64,000 bases of DNA from a bacterium (GTDB lineage: Bacteria; SAR324; XYD2-FULL-50-16; G965216635): the NCBI GenBank assembly GCA_965216635.1, contig OZ244188.1, positions 384,001 to 448,000 of the forward strand, read 5' to 3'. Under the pieces are notes generated by a model. It worked only from the letters and a program-made list of their open reading frames with translations, ran no database searches and had not been told where the DNA came from. Positions within the stretch are counted from its first letter, which is position 1. Every line of letters begins with the position of its first letter. The translations under genes were made by a program, and so were the position numbers. Shown here in pieces: positions 29,828-39,591 of this stretch.

Positions 29828-30385
29828 ATGAGTAGATTTTTTATTTTAGCAGGTCCCAATGGAGCTGGAAAAACGACTCTAGCTAAGCAAATTTTAGCTA
29901 CTTATGATTGCCAAAATTTTATCAATGCAGATGAAATTGCTAGGGTTATGAATCCTTTGTATCCAGATAGGGTAAAAATTCAAGCAGGTAGAGAAATGCT
30001 ATCAAAAATTGAAGATTTGAGCCAAAAAAAAAAAAGTTTTTGTATAGAAACCACTTTAAGCACAAAAACCTATATTTCAAAACTTAAATATCTAAAATCG
30101 CAAGGTTATACTAGCTATCTTTTTTTTATCCATCTTAGCAGAAAAGAATTGTCAATTCAGAGAGTAAAAGATAGACATTTGAAAGGCGGACATAGTATTC
30201 CAGTAGATTGGATTGAAAGAAGGTATTACAGAGGGTTAAAAAATCTTGTACAAATTTATTGGGATGCTACCGATTATCTTTTTATCTATAACAATGATAA
30301 TTCCTTAAAACAGGTTTATCAGAAAAACGAGCAGATGAAAATTTTTGATTCTGAAAAATATCATGAAATAAAAGATTATGCTTGA
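29828..30385 (+). CDS. Zeta-toxin-like P-loop kinase/ATPase
   Basis: AGPNGAGKTT, FINADEIA, ETTLS and RVKDRHLKGGH motifs. Confidence 0.85.
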   Translation: MSRFFILAGPNGAGKTTLAKQILATYDCQNFINADEIARVMNPLYPDRVKIQAGREMLSKIEDLSQKKKSFCIETTLSTKTYISKLKYLKSQGYTSYLFFIHLSRKELSIQRVKDRHLKGGHSIPVDWIERRYYRGLKNLVQIYWDATDYLFIYNNDNSLKQVYQKNEQMKIFDSEKYHEIKDYA

Positions 30386-30602
30386 TTTAAAAATTGCAAA
30401 CGAAATTGTAAGAAAAGCAAAAAGAGAAACGGAGATTTATCGCACAAAACTTGTACCTTATGCAAAAAAAATCAAACTTTACAGTGAAGAGGGGACTCTA
30501 TTTGAAAAACTTTACCGAGTGATAGAATTTGAGAAAAAGAAAAATGAATGCTTAAAAGAGCTTTACGAAGATAAGAAAACTGATACCAAAGCCAAAGATT
30601 AG
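30378..30602 (+). CDS. Small hypothetical protein, overlapping partner of the zeta-like gene
   Basis: 74-aa ORF overlapping the upstream stop codon. Confidence 0.55.
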   Translation: MLDLKIANEIVRKAKRETEIYRTKLVPYAKKIKLYSEEGTLFEKLYRVIEFEKKKNECLKELYEDKKTDTKAKD

Positions 30603-30689
30603 CAATTTTATTTCCTATTGCCTTTTATCAAATAAGCTAAGCTGTGTATTGAATAAACAAGAGCTAAAAATTTTATTACCTAAAAAAAA

Positions 30690-30747
30690 ATGATAACCCC
30701 CAAAATAACGATAACCTCCAAAAAATGATAACCCCCAAATGATAACC
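30690..30747 (+). repeat. Four degenerate atgataacccccaaa units duplicating the start of the next gene
   Basis: Read directly from the sequence. Confidence 0.8.
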
Positions 30748-31296
30748 ATTAGGCAAACTATATTTTTAGTGGATATAGTGATGAATTACATCCTACTTTT
30801 GGGGCTTGCGTGGTCTATTTTTTTTCCTAAGAAAAGAATATGGCCCCCGCCTAAAAAACACTCTTGGCAATACTATGCTACATGGATATTCTATTATGTA
30901 GTTTTATGTTTTAATACAATACTGATAGTGCTTGATTGGAATACTTGGATTATGGGAAAAGAGATTCGGTTTCTTATTGGCGCTCCCGTCGTGATTATTG
31001 GAATTATTTTTGTAATTTCAGGTATTGCCACACTCGGATTTAAAAATACTCTTGGGCTAAAAGACAGGTTTGTCGCCAACGGAGTTTATTGTTTTACACG
31101 AAACCCGCAATATTTAGGAGATATATTTTTTCTTATAGGTATTAGTTTTATTGCAAATTCAGTGTATGTATTTGTAGTCCATCTATTAGCAATATTGGTG
31201 TTTTTATTTACCCCTTTTAGCGAAGAGCTATGGCTAGAGGAACAATACGGTAAGGAATACAAAGATTATACAAAAAGCACGGCAAGATTTTTCTAG
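30739..31296 (+). CDS. Isoprenylcysteine carboxylmethyltransferase/PEMT-family membrane protein
   Basis: GVYCFTRNPQY, EELWLEEQYGKEY and RF C-terminus. Confidence 0.8.
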   Translation: MITIRQTIFLVDIVMNYILLLGLAWSIFFPKKRIWPPPKKHSWQYYATWIFYYVVLCFNTILIVLDWNTWIMGKEIRFLIGAPVVIIGIIFVISGIATLGFKNTLGLKDRFVANGVYCFTRNPQYLGDIFFLIGISFIANSVYVFVVHLLAILVFLFTPFSEELWLEEQYGKEYKDYTKSTARFF

Positions 31297-31349
31297 TGGG
31301 CTTTTTGCCAAAAATAAATTGCCAGAAATAAATTATTTTTTTAAGTAAA

Positions 31350-32075
31350 ATGCCAAAAATCAAGGAAATTGAATCTTATAAAAGACCAAGAGAAAAATTG
31401 TGGGAACGAGGAGTGGAAACACTTACAAACCCCGAACTATTAGCAATATTGCTTGGTAGTGGGACAAAAAAGAAAAATGTTCACGAGCTAGCCAAAGAAA
31501 TTATTGCCAAGCATGAAAAAGATTTTTTGGATGTTAAATTAGACGATTTTAAAAAATTTCACGGCATAGAAAAAATCAAGGCAACTACCATTGTTGCCGC
31601 CATAACCTTAGTGCGAAGATTTTTTGAAAATAAAAATCCTAAAGACCTTATAATCAAAGATAGCAAGGACGCATTACTGATTACTCAAGACTTAAAAAAT
31701 AAAAATCAAGAGCATCTTGTTTGCCTTTATCTCAATGTGCGAGCAGTGCTTTTGGAACAAAAAATAATTAGTATAGGTTTATTGGATAGGAGTTTGGTGC
31801 ATCCAAGAGAGGTTTTTCACCCTGCGATTAAACAAAATGCTTTTAGCGTTATTTTGGTGCATAACCATCCTTCAGGTGACCCACAGCCTAGCCACGAAGA
31901 CAACCAAGTAGCTAAAAGAATGGTGAAAGCTGGTGATTTGATGGGTATTCCCGTAGTGGATTTTTTAATTACCGCAAAAAATGGTTATTATAGTTTTCAC
32001 GAATCATATCAAGGTATGGAAAAAATTAAGAGCTATGTAGCGGATGGACAACAAACAAACTTATTAGACTTTTGA
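31350..32075 (+). CDS. radC: RadC (JAB domain) protein; C-terminus truncated by a MITE
   Basis: RPREKL, ELLAILLGSG, VHPREVF and HNHPSGD motifs; stop codon lies inside the MITE end. Confidence 0.88.
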   Translation: MPKIKEIESYKRPREKLWERGVETLTNPELLAILLGSGTKKKNVHELAKEIIAKHEKDFLDVKLDDFKKFHGIEKIKATTIVAAITLVRRFFENKNPKDLIIKDSKDALLITQDLKNKNQEHLVCLYLNVRAVLLEQKIISIGLLDRSLVHPREVFHPAIKQNAFSVILVHNHPSGDPQPSHEDNQVAKRMVKAGDLMGIPVVDFLITAKNGYYSFHESYQGMEKIKSYVADGQQTNLLDF

Positions 32076-32204
32076 ATTTGCATTCTGTTTAGCCTATGCA
32101 GCGTTAAAAAAAAATTTTAACTCTTGAAATACTTGAGTATTCCTGCGAGCTAAAATTTTTTTTTGCCTTGCCTAGACGTCACATAACGCAAACTCAAAGG
32201 TCTA
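32065..32204. mobile_element. MITE-like element (140 bp)
   Basis: tagacttttgaattt ... aaactcaaaggtcta; flanks cttat/cttag. Confidence 0.85.
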
Positions 32205-32226
32205 CTTAGGCGAGTTTGCTCTCTTA

Positions 32227-32459
32227 AAAAATATACTTTCCGTGGATCAGCAATGATAGAAAAAACTAACGCAAAGAAAAAATTTATTTCTATTTTTATT
32301 AGACAGGCGAAAAATATACTTTCCGTGAATCAGCAATGATAGAAAAAACTAACGCAAAGAAAAAATTTATTTCTATTTTTATTAGACAGGCGAAAAATAT
32401 ACTTCCAGCGGATTAGCAATGATAGAAAAGACTAGCACAAATAAAAATTTTATTTCTAT
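32227..32459 (+). repeat. 83-bp tandem repeat duplicating the uvrA start region
   Basis: caatgatagaaaa at 32251, 32334 and 32417. Confidence 0.9.
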
Positions 32460-35280
32460 CAGAAAAGCACGGGAACATAATTTAAAAGGCATTGATTTAG
32501 ATATTGCTCGCGGTAAGTTTATTGTAATTACTGGGTTGTCTGGAAGTGGAAAATCTTCTCTTGCTTTTGATACCATTTACGCCGAAGGACAAAGACGATA
32601 TATTGAATCGCTTTCTTCTTATGCCCGCCAGTTTTTAGACCAGATGGAAAAACCCGATGTAGAATCCATCACTGGCTTAACTCCTACGATTGCCATAGAA
32701 CAAAAAACTAGAGGAGCTACGCCTCGCTCTACAGTGGCTACTTCTACTGAAATTTACGATTATATGCGAGTCCTTTTTGCAAGAGTGGGAGATGCCTCTT
32801 GCTATAAATGCGGTAGAAAAATTAGCACTCAATCTGCCGAAGACATTGCCCACTACTTGCTACAATATCCACCACAAACGAGTATTCAAATTTTAAGTCC
32901 ACTAGTTCGTAGTGCTAAAGGAGAGCATAAAGAAATTTTTAAAAAATTGCTTAGAGAAGGTTTTGCTCGTGCCCGCGTCAATCAAGAAATTTATGATTTA
33001 GAAGAAGTTCCCAATTTAGATAAAAAGTTTAACCATAATATTGACGCAGTTATAGATAGGATTGTGCTTAAAGAAAAAGTCAAAAGCCGTTTGAGCGAAT
33101 CTGTAGAAATTGCTCTACAAATGAGTCAAGGATTAATTTCTGTTTTGAGAAAAGAGGCAAAACAAACAGATACCAAACAAAAAGATGTCAGCCAAAAAGA
33201 GGAATGGCAAGAAGAGATGTTTAGCGAAAATTTTACCTGTCCCGAACACGGGATGCTACTGCCTGAAATTTCTCCTAGGGTGTTTTCTTTCAACAGTCCT
33301 TTTGGAGCCTGTCAAAAATGTAACGGATTAGGAAATTTTTTAGAGCCCGATGAAAATCTAGTTGTTCCTGATAAAAATTTAAGTTTGAAAGATGGAGCTA
33401 TTTACGCATGGAGACGTTGTGGATATTTTAGGTATGCTGGAAGACTTACACGAAAAATTTGTCGTGTTTTTAAAATAGAAAGCACAAGCCCATGGAAAGA
33501 TTTAAGTAGGGAAACTCAAAAAGCTATTCTTCATGGCGGAAAAAGTTTTGAAGGAGTAATCCCTGAACTTTTGAACCGATTTTATTATACCAATTCTGAG
33601 TATCGCAAAAAGACGATTCACGAATTTATGACTGTAAAAAAATGTCCAGTCTGCGATGGTGCTCGTTTGAAAAAAGAAGTGCTTGCCGTTCGTATCCAGA
33701 AAAAAAATATTGCAGAACTCAATCAAATGACTGTAGAAGACGCAGAGCAGTTTTTTAAAAATTTAAGTTTTGATAAAGAAAAGCAAATTATAGTAGAGCC
33801 TTTAAAAAAAGCTATCTTAGAAAAACTTAGTTTTTTAAATAGCGTAGGACTTAACTATCTATCTTTGAATAGAGAAACCAACAGCCTATCGGGTGGAGAA
33901 TCTCAGAGAATAAGACTAGCCTGCCAGCTTGGTTCACAACTCGCAGGGGTAACTTATGTTTTAGACGAGCCTACCATTGGACTGCACCAAAGAGACAACC
34001 AAAGACTTATCCAAACCTTACAAAAATTACAAGCTTACGATAACACCGTAATTGTAGTAGAGCACGACAGAGATTTAATAATGACAGCAGATGAAGTGAT
34101 AGATATAGGTCCGGGAGCTGGAGTGCACGGTGGTGAAATAGTTGCTCAAGAAACCCCCAAAAAATTGCTGCAAGGAAATGGGCTTACTGCCAAATACTTA
34201 AGACAAGAATTACAAATCCCTCTGCCAGAAAGAAGAAGAGAGCTGACAGAGAAACAAATTAAACTCGTAGGTTGTAAGGCGAACAATCTAAAAAATGCCG
34301 ATATCGTTTTTCCTCTAGGAATTTTTGTTTGTCTTACTGGAGTTTCTGGTTCTGGAAAATCCTCCTTAGCTATTGAATGCTTGTATAAAAACCTAAAGCA
34401 CAAAAATTCACGCTTGCATCTCAGTGAAACCCAAAAAAACGCTGGTAAAATCAAACAAATTAAAGGCGTAGAAAATATAGACAAAATTATTTTTGTAGAC
34501 CAATCCCCCATTGGTAGAACTTCCCGCTCCAACCCAGCCACCTATACTGGAGTTTTTGACCCCATTCGCAAACTCTTTACAATGACTCCAGAAGCAAAAA
34601 CTAGAGGTTACCAACCGGGTAGATTTTCTTTTAATGTCAAAGGAGGACGTTGCGAGGCTTGTCAAGGACAAGGACAAAAAAGCATTGAAATGTATTTTTT
34701 ACCCGATGTGCATGTGGTCTGCGAAGCTTGTAACGGGAAAAGATACAACAGTGAAACTTTAGAAGTAAAATTTAGAGGAAAAAACATTGCTCAAATTTTG
34801 GATATGACAATAGAAATAGCTAAAGATTTTTTTAAAAACCACCGCAATATCTACCCCTACCTAGAAACTTTAGATAGAATAGGATTGGGCTACATTAAAT
34901 TAGGACAACCCGCACCTAGCCTGTCTGGAGGCGAAGCCCAAAGAGTCAAACTCTCCAGTGAACTCTCCCGAGCCAGCACAGCAAAAACCCTTTACTTAAT
35001 GGACGAGCCCACTACAGGCTTGCATTTTCACGATATTTATAAACTGATGGAAATCATACAAGACCTCGTCAATCAAAATAACACCGTCATTGTGATTGAG
35101 CACAACTTGGATATTATCAAATGCGCCGATTGGATTATTGATTTAGGACCCGAAGGAGGAGCTGGAGGTGGAAAAATTATCGCCCAAGGCACTCCCGAAG
35201 AAATAGCAAAAAACAAAGCTAGTTTCACTGGACATTTCTTAAAAGATGTCCTAACCACCTCAAAAAGAAAAGCCTCTTAA
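32419..35280 (+). CDS. uvrA: Excinuclease ABC subunit A
   Basis: Two ABC ATPase domains, zinc fingers, EGQRRYIESLS. Confidence 0.98.
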   Translation: MIEKTSTNKNFISIRKAREHNLKGIDLDIARGKFIVITGLSGSGKSSLAFDTIYAEGQRRYIESLSSYARQFLDQMEKPDVESITGLTPTIAIEQKTRGATPRSTVATSTEIYDYMRVLFARVGDASCYKCGRKISTQSAEDIAHYLLQYPPQTSIQILSPLVRSAKGEHKEIFKKLLREGFARARVNQEIYDLEEVPNLDKKFNHNIDAVIDRIVLKEKVKSRLSESVEIALQMSQGLISVLRKEAKQTDTKQKDVSQKEEWQEEMFSENFTCPEHGMLLPEISPRVFSFNSPFGACQKCNGLGNFLEPDENLVVPDKNLSLKDGAIYAWRRCGYFRYAGRLTRKICRVFKIESTSPWKDLSRETQKAILHGGKSFEGVIPELLNRFYYTNSEYRKKTIHEFMTVKKCPVCDGARLKKEVLAVRIQKKNIAELNQMTVEDAEQFFKNLSFDKEKQIIVEPLKKAILEKLSFLNSVGLNYLSLNRETNSLSGGESQRIRLACQLGSQLAGVTYVLDEPTIGLHQRDNQRLIQTLQKLQAYDNTVIVVEHDRDLIMTADEVIDIGPGAGVHGGEIVAQETPKKLLQGNGLTAKYLRQELQIPLPERRRELTEKQIKLVGCKANNLKNADIVFPLGIFVCLTGVSGSGKSSLAIECLYKNLKHKNSRLHLSETQKNAGKIKQIKGVENIDKIIFVDQSPIGRTSRSNPATYTGVFDPIRKLFTMTPEAKTRGYQPGRFSFNVKGGRCEACQGQGQKSIEMYFLPDVHVVCEACNGKRYNSETLEVKFRGKNIAQILDMTIEIAKDFFKNHRNIYPYLETLDRIGLGYIKLGQPAPSLSGGEAQRVKLSSELSRASTAKTLYLMDEPTTGLHFHDIYKLMEIIQDLVNQNNTVIVIEHNLDIIKCADWIIDLGPEGGAGGGKIIAQGTPEEIAKNKASFTGHFLKDVLTTSKRKAS

Positions 35281-35383
35281 TAAAATTAAAATATTATGAA
35301 AAATAAAAGAAATTTTCTTTTTTTAATATTTAAGGATTGTTTTTTATAAGATAGCTTTTAGATTTCACTAGACGATAATAAAA

Positions 35384-36085
35384 CTATAAATTAATATCCA
35401 ATTTTTGAATTTCTATAGTCTTAAAGTGTAAATTCTCTAATGTTTTTGTACTTATAAATTTAATTCTTTTTTGAATAGATTGAAATTCACTTCTTTGTAA
35501 TTTATTTTTATAGTCTTTTTCCCTACTTTCATCTGCGATTATAAAAAATTTTATATTAAAATCTTGCAATGCCACATATCTTGAAAAAGATTCGCTAAAA
35601 TTAGTAGAAATTTCTACTTCAAAAGCACGCTCTGGCATTTTCCTATCATTAAACCAAAGCACATCAATAAAAGAAGCTCTTTTGACAATCTTTTCATATC
35701 CAAAATCATAAATTTTATCTAAAGTTCTCGTTTTTGCTAATGTAGTATCTAAAAAAATTTTATTCTTGTCCTGTTGGGGAACAAAAGTTTCAAATTTTTT
35801 TATTTCTCCTAATTCTAGTAATAAACCCTGATAGTAGGAATGACTAAATTCTTTTTCTTTTACAGGATCTTTAGAAATTGTAAATTTTTCTTTATGAGAA
35901 TTGAGAGCCCATAATCCAGGTCGGATGCTAAAAAAAAATTTTTCATCCTGCACTATTCTTCTAATGGAAGCATAAGGTGTTTTAGTTGACCACTGACTAA
36001 TATCTACTGTTTGGTTCAATCTTCTTAATGTAGCACTCCCTCCTAATTGTTCCATTATTTTTATTACTTGCTCGTATTGTTTCAT
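35384..36085 (-). CDS. N-terminal HTH + PD-(D/E)xK nuclease (restriction-endonuclease-like)
   Basis: KTPYASIRRIVQ helix; IDVLW ... AFEVEIST. Confidence 0.65.
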   Translation of the reverse strand: MKQYEQVIKIMEQLGGSATLRRLNQTVDISQWSTKTPYASIRRIVQDEKFFFSIRPGLWALNSHKEKFTISKDPVKEKEFSHSYYQGLLLELGEIKKFETFVPQQDKNKIFLDTTLAKTRTLDKIYDFGYEKIVKRASFIDVLWFNDRKMPERAFEVEISTNFSESFSRYVALQDFNIKFFIIADESREKDYKNKLQRSEFQSIQKRIKFISTKTLENLHFKTIEIQKLDINL

Positions 36086-36182
36086 AAAATTTATTCCATT
36101 TTTTAAGAAAAAAATATAAAATGATATTTTTCACTAATATAGCTGAAATAAAATATTTTGTAAAATTTTATAAAATAATATT

Positions 36183-36374
36183 ATGAAAAAGACAAAAATA
36201 CCTATGTGGGAAAAGTTGGACATGGAAGACAATAAAATTTATAGATTTTTTAGAATGTCAGCTGAGCCTTATGATGATTTAGAATGGGACGGAAAAATTT
36301 TGAATGTTTGGCTTGATGATGAACTTATAGAAACCTACACTAAAAAAGACTTAATAGAATGTGAAATATTATGA
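36183..36374 (+). CDS. Small acidic hypothetical protein
   Basis: 63-aa ORF with ATGA coupling to the next ORF. Confidence 0.5.
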   Translation: MKKTKIPMWEKLDMEDNKIYRFFRMSAEPYDDLEWDGKILNVWLDDELIETYTKKDLIECEIL

Positions 36375-36562
36375 AAAAAGAAAACCTAAATTGTAAAACT
36401 TGTGGGAATGATGAGTTTGTTTTAGAATCTAATGAATGTGAATTTTATAAAATTAAAGGAGAAAATGTAGAGTGGAATGGAGCAGGAGTGACAAGAGAAG
36501 ACCCTAAAGTATATTGCAAGAAATGTCTTAAAGAAGTGGATTATGAATTATATTTTACCTAA
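36371..36562 (+). CDS. Small zinc-ribbon protein
   Basis: CKTC ... CKKC. Confidence 0.55.
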   Translation: MKKENLNCKTCGNDEFVLESNECEFYKIKGENVEWNGAGVTREDPKVYCKKCLKEVDYELYFT

Positions 36563-36571
36563 AAGAAAAAT

Positions 36572-37372
36572 ATGAAAAAAGAAAAAAAAGTAGGAAAAAA
36601 GAAACAAGTTTTAGTAGAAATATTTACTATTTGTAAAGACAAAGGAGATTTTGTTTTTCATAATGAACTTGTAAAAGATATTTGCAAAAAGAAAGGTTTT
36701 GGAAATCCTTTTGATGTATCTAAACTAGATAATACTAAAGTTTTTCCCGATATAATGCTAGAAGATGATTATTTTATGATTCATTTAGGAGAAGGCAAGC
36801 ATCAATTTATAAAAGGCATTGACAAAGGTTTTCATACTTTTGAAGAAATTGAAGAGAAAAATACAAGAGACTGGGAATACAAAAAAAGTCTACTCAATGA
36901 TTTTGATACAAGTGAGAGTAATATTTTATCACTAGGGTTCAATCAAAAAATTATTCACGATTTTTTATACGATGATATTACTGCTAGTCCAAAAGTTTAT
37001 AATGCTCGCAGGACAAAAGCCTCATTAGATTATTTTATTGAAAAACAGAAAATAGAAACTCAGAAATTGCAAATGGAAATAGATTTAACTATGGAATTAA
37101 ACGGAGGTGTGACTGTTTTTGAGGGTAAGAATAATTTCCCTAAAAATTTTGCAATTTATCAATTATTTAACCCTTTTTTATACTACCAAAAACTAAAACA
37201 AGAAAATCAATTAAAAATCAAAGAGATTAACTGCTGCTATTTATTAAGAAAGAAAAAAAGAAAGTCTAAGGATTCTACTATAAGAATTTATATGTATAGT
37301 TTTTTAAAAGAAAATGATTTAACCTCTATAAAACTATTAAAAGCAAAGGAATATAATCTAATATCAAAATGA
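36572..37372 (+). CDS. Putative type II restriction endonuclease (PD-(D/E)xK)
   Basis: QMEID ... VFEGKN, FAIYQL motifs; coupled to a methyltransferase. Confidence 0.65.
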   Translation: MKKEKKVGKKKQVLVEIFTICKDKGDFVFHNELVKDICKKKGFGNPFDVSKLDNTKVFPDIMLEDDYFMIHLGEGKHQFIKGIDKGFHTFEEIEEKNTRDWEYKKSLLNDFDTSESNILSLGFNQKIIHDFLYDDITASPKVYNARRTKASLDYFIEKQKIETQKLQMEIDLTMELNGGVTVFEGKNNFPKNFAIYQLFNPFLYYQKLKQENQLKIKEINCCYLLRKKKRKSKDSTIRIYMYSFLKENDLTSIKLLKAKEYNLISK

Positions 37373-38235
37373 CAGGACTATCCCAAGAATACAAAAATCA
37401 AGTATTCGGTAAAGATGTTTTTAAAATTTTAAAAGAATTGCCAGACGAATCTTTAGATATGATTTATGGAGACCCTGATTATGGAGTGGGCATTGATTAT
37501 TCTGGCAAGAAATATACTACTCAATGGAATAAGTATATTGACTGGTATATTGCTTTGGTTAAAGAGTCTATGAGAGTTTTAAAACCAGAAGGTAATTTAT
37601 TTATGATAAACTACCCAAAGCAAAATGCCTATTTAAGAGTAAAATTTTTAGACGAAAACGCCTACGATGTGCAAGACTACGCTTGGGTTTATAATACAAA
37701 TGTAGGGCATAGCTATAGAAGATTTACCACCGCTCACCGCTCTATTTTGCACGCTACAAAATCAAAAAATAATAATTTTTATAAAGACAATGTAGCCCTA
37801 CCTTATCAAAACCCAGACGACAAAAGAATTAAGCAAAGAATAGCAGAAGGACACAAAGGCAGAATGCCTTACAGCTGGTTTTATTTTGATTTGGTGAAAA
37901 ATGTCTCTAAAGATAAAACTCTGCACGCTTGTCAAATACCACTACCTTTAGTAGAAATGCTTATCAAGGCAAGCACTCAAAAAAACGACGATTGTTTTAT
38001 TTTGTTCGGTGGCAGTGGTTCTGAGATTGTGCTTTGCCAAGATTTAAAACGCAATTTTATCTCCTGTGAAATACACCCCAAATACCACAAAATGATTTTA
38101 GATAGACTAGGCAATGCTGGAAAAATTAAAAAAGAATACAAACTAGATTTTATTAGACAGAGAGAACAACACTCAGCAGCAGCCACACTTTTTGAAAAAA
38201 ACAAGAAAAAAAATCGTTCTTACGCTTATGGGTAA
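37369..38235 (+). CDS. Beta-class N4C/N6A DNA methyltransferase
   Basis: Motif IV DPDY precedes motif I FGGSGS; HACQIP. Confidence 0.88.
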   Translation: MTGLSQEYKNQVFGKDVFKILKELPDESLDMIYGDPDYGVGIDYSGKKYTTQWNKYIDWYIALVKESMRVLKPEGNLFMINYPKQNAYLRVKFLDENAYDVQDYAWVYNTNVGHSYRRFTTAHRSILHATKSKNNNFYKDNVALPYQNPDDKRIKQRIAEGHKGRMPYSWFYFDLVKNVSKDKTLHACQIPLPLVEMLIKASTQKNDDCFILFGGSGSEIVLCQDLKRNFISCEIHPKYHKMILDRLGNAGKIKKEYKLDFIRQREQHSAAATLFEKNKKKNRSYAYG

Positions 38236-38307
38236 CCTATACCTATAAAAATTTTAGAAATTGAAGTATTATAAAAAGAAGTTTATGAATATAATCTTGT
38301 GATTTTT

Positions 38308-38569
38308 CAATTAAAATAATTTTTCTCTTTACGTGGTTTTGAGGGAGACCTCATCGTCGGGTGTTTAGCCAGACTCAATTTTATTGTTTATTTTCTTTGA
38401 GATGTGCTCAGATTTTGCCTAAGATTTCTGAAGACATTGATTTTTTACACAAAAATTTGAATAAATTTTTGTATCTTAAGAATTTTAAGATTTTACTTGT
38501 AGTCTTAATAAATCTTAGGCAAAATCTGAGCACATCTCAAAGTATTCTAGGTAAAGAAAAATTTAATTG
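38308..38569 (+). ncRNA. Retron msr-msd RNA
   Basis: Terminal inverted repeats caattaaa..tttttc-tctttac / gtaaagaaaaa-tttaattg; G38333 right after the stem; msr hairpin tgagg-gaga-cctca; msd stem 38395-38427 / 38510-38542. Confidence 0.85.
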
Positions 38570-38574
38570 TATCT

Positions 38575-39591
38575 ATGTTAGATGAAAATTTTGTAAAGAA
38601 AATAAAAAAAGATTTAAAAAAAATAGATTTATTAATTTCGCGTATAGGTATTGACGCATCACCAAAAATATTTTTATGTGGAGGTCCTTATAAGGACGAA
38701 GAAACTACTAAAAATAACTTTTCTACAAAACCGCTTCCATGTACCTTATCTTCTAGATATCGTTTGATTGATCAGCTAAAAAAACAAAATAATAATTTTT
38801 ACCCTCAAATAATAATAGCTGATGCTTTCAAATTCAGAGATTGGTATATAAAAGGTAAATATAAAGATCTTTTGACATTAGAAAAAGATATAGCAGAAAT
38901 GTCGGGTTTAATTGTAATAATTCCAGAGAGTCCTGGTTCTATTGCTGAACTTGGTTCTTTTATAATGCTAAAAAGCATTAAGAAAAAATTACTTATTTTC
39001 ATCAAAGATACACATGCAGAAAAAGAATCATTTATTTGGAATGGAATTATAGAAAATTTTCAACAAAATACTTCCCAACAAGTTTTCATAGGAAGAGAAA
39101 GTGATATAGAAGGCATGCAAGATGATATTCAAAAATTTTTAGAAAAAATCACAAAAGAAATACAAAAAATGGCTGGTTCGAGCAAATTTGATAATAAAAA
39201 AAAATCACATCAAGCTTTTTTTATTTATGAAATGATTAGAGTGTATGGAGCTTTAGAAATCCAAGAAATCGGAATATGTCTAAAAGCAGTCAATTTGTTA
39301 GGAATAAATATGAAAAAAATCAAAAATTTACTTTTTATTCTAGAGGAATTTAAATGGATTAAAAAAACATCAAAGGGAAACAAAAAATTTTATTATATAC
39401 CTAAAGGAGGACAAAAAATTGGTAAAACAGAATTTAAAATGAACATTTTAGAAAAAAACACAAAAACACCTAAATTTGTTGCATGGAATACGGATTATAT
39501 TCAAAAATTAGCATTAAGTTTTTATAATGGAGGTAGGGATAAACTCCATAGGGATAGATATAATGTAATTAAGAGTAATGGAAATAGTTAA
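38575..39591 (+). CDS. Retron effector (NDT/N-glycosidase-like, St85/RcaT-type, with probable winged helix)
   Basis: IFLCGG and DLLTLEKDIA..IVIIPESPGSIAELGSF motifs; located between the ncRNA and the RT. Confidence 0.8.
   Translation: MLDENFVKKIKKDLKKIDLLISRIGIDASPKIFLCGGPYKDEETTKNNFSTKPLPCTLSSRYRLIDQLKKQNNNFYPQIIIADAFKFRDWYIKGKYKDLLTLEKDIAEMSGLIVIIPESPGSIAELGSFIMLKSIKKKLLIFIKDTHAEKESFIWNGIIENFQQNTSQQVFIGRESDIEGMQDDIQKFLEKITKEIQKMAGSSKFDNKKKSHQAFFIYEMIRVYGALEIQEIGICLKAVNLLGINMKKIKNLLFILEEFKWIKKTSKGNKKFYYIPKGGQKIGKTEFKMNILEKNTKTPKFVAWNTDYIQKLALSFYNGGRDKLHRDRYNVIKSNGNS

Noticed and set aside
38361..38585. 74-aa ORF
   Set aside because: It overlaps the msr-msd hairpins and is better explained as ncRNA.
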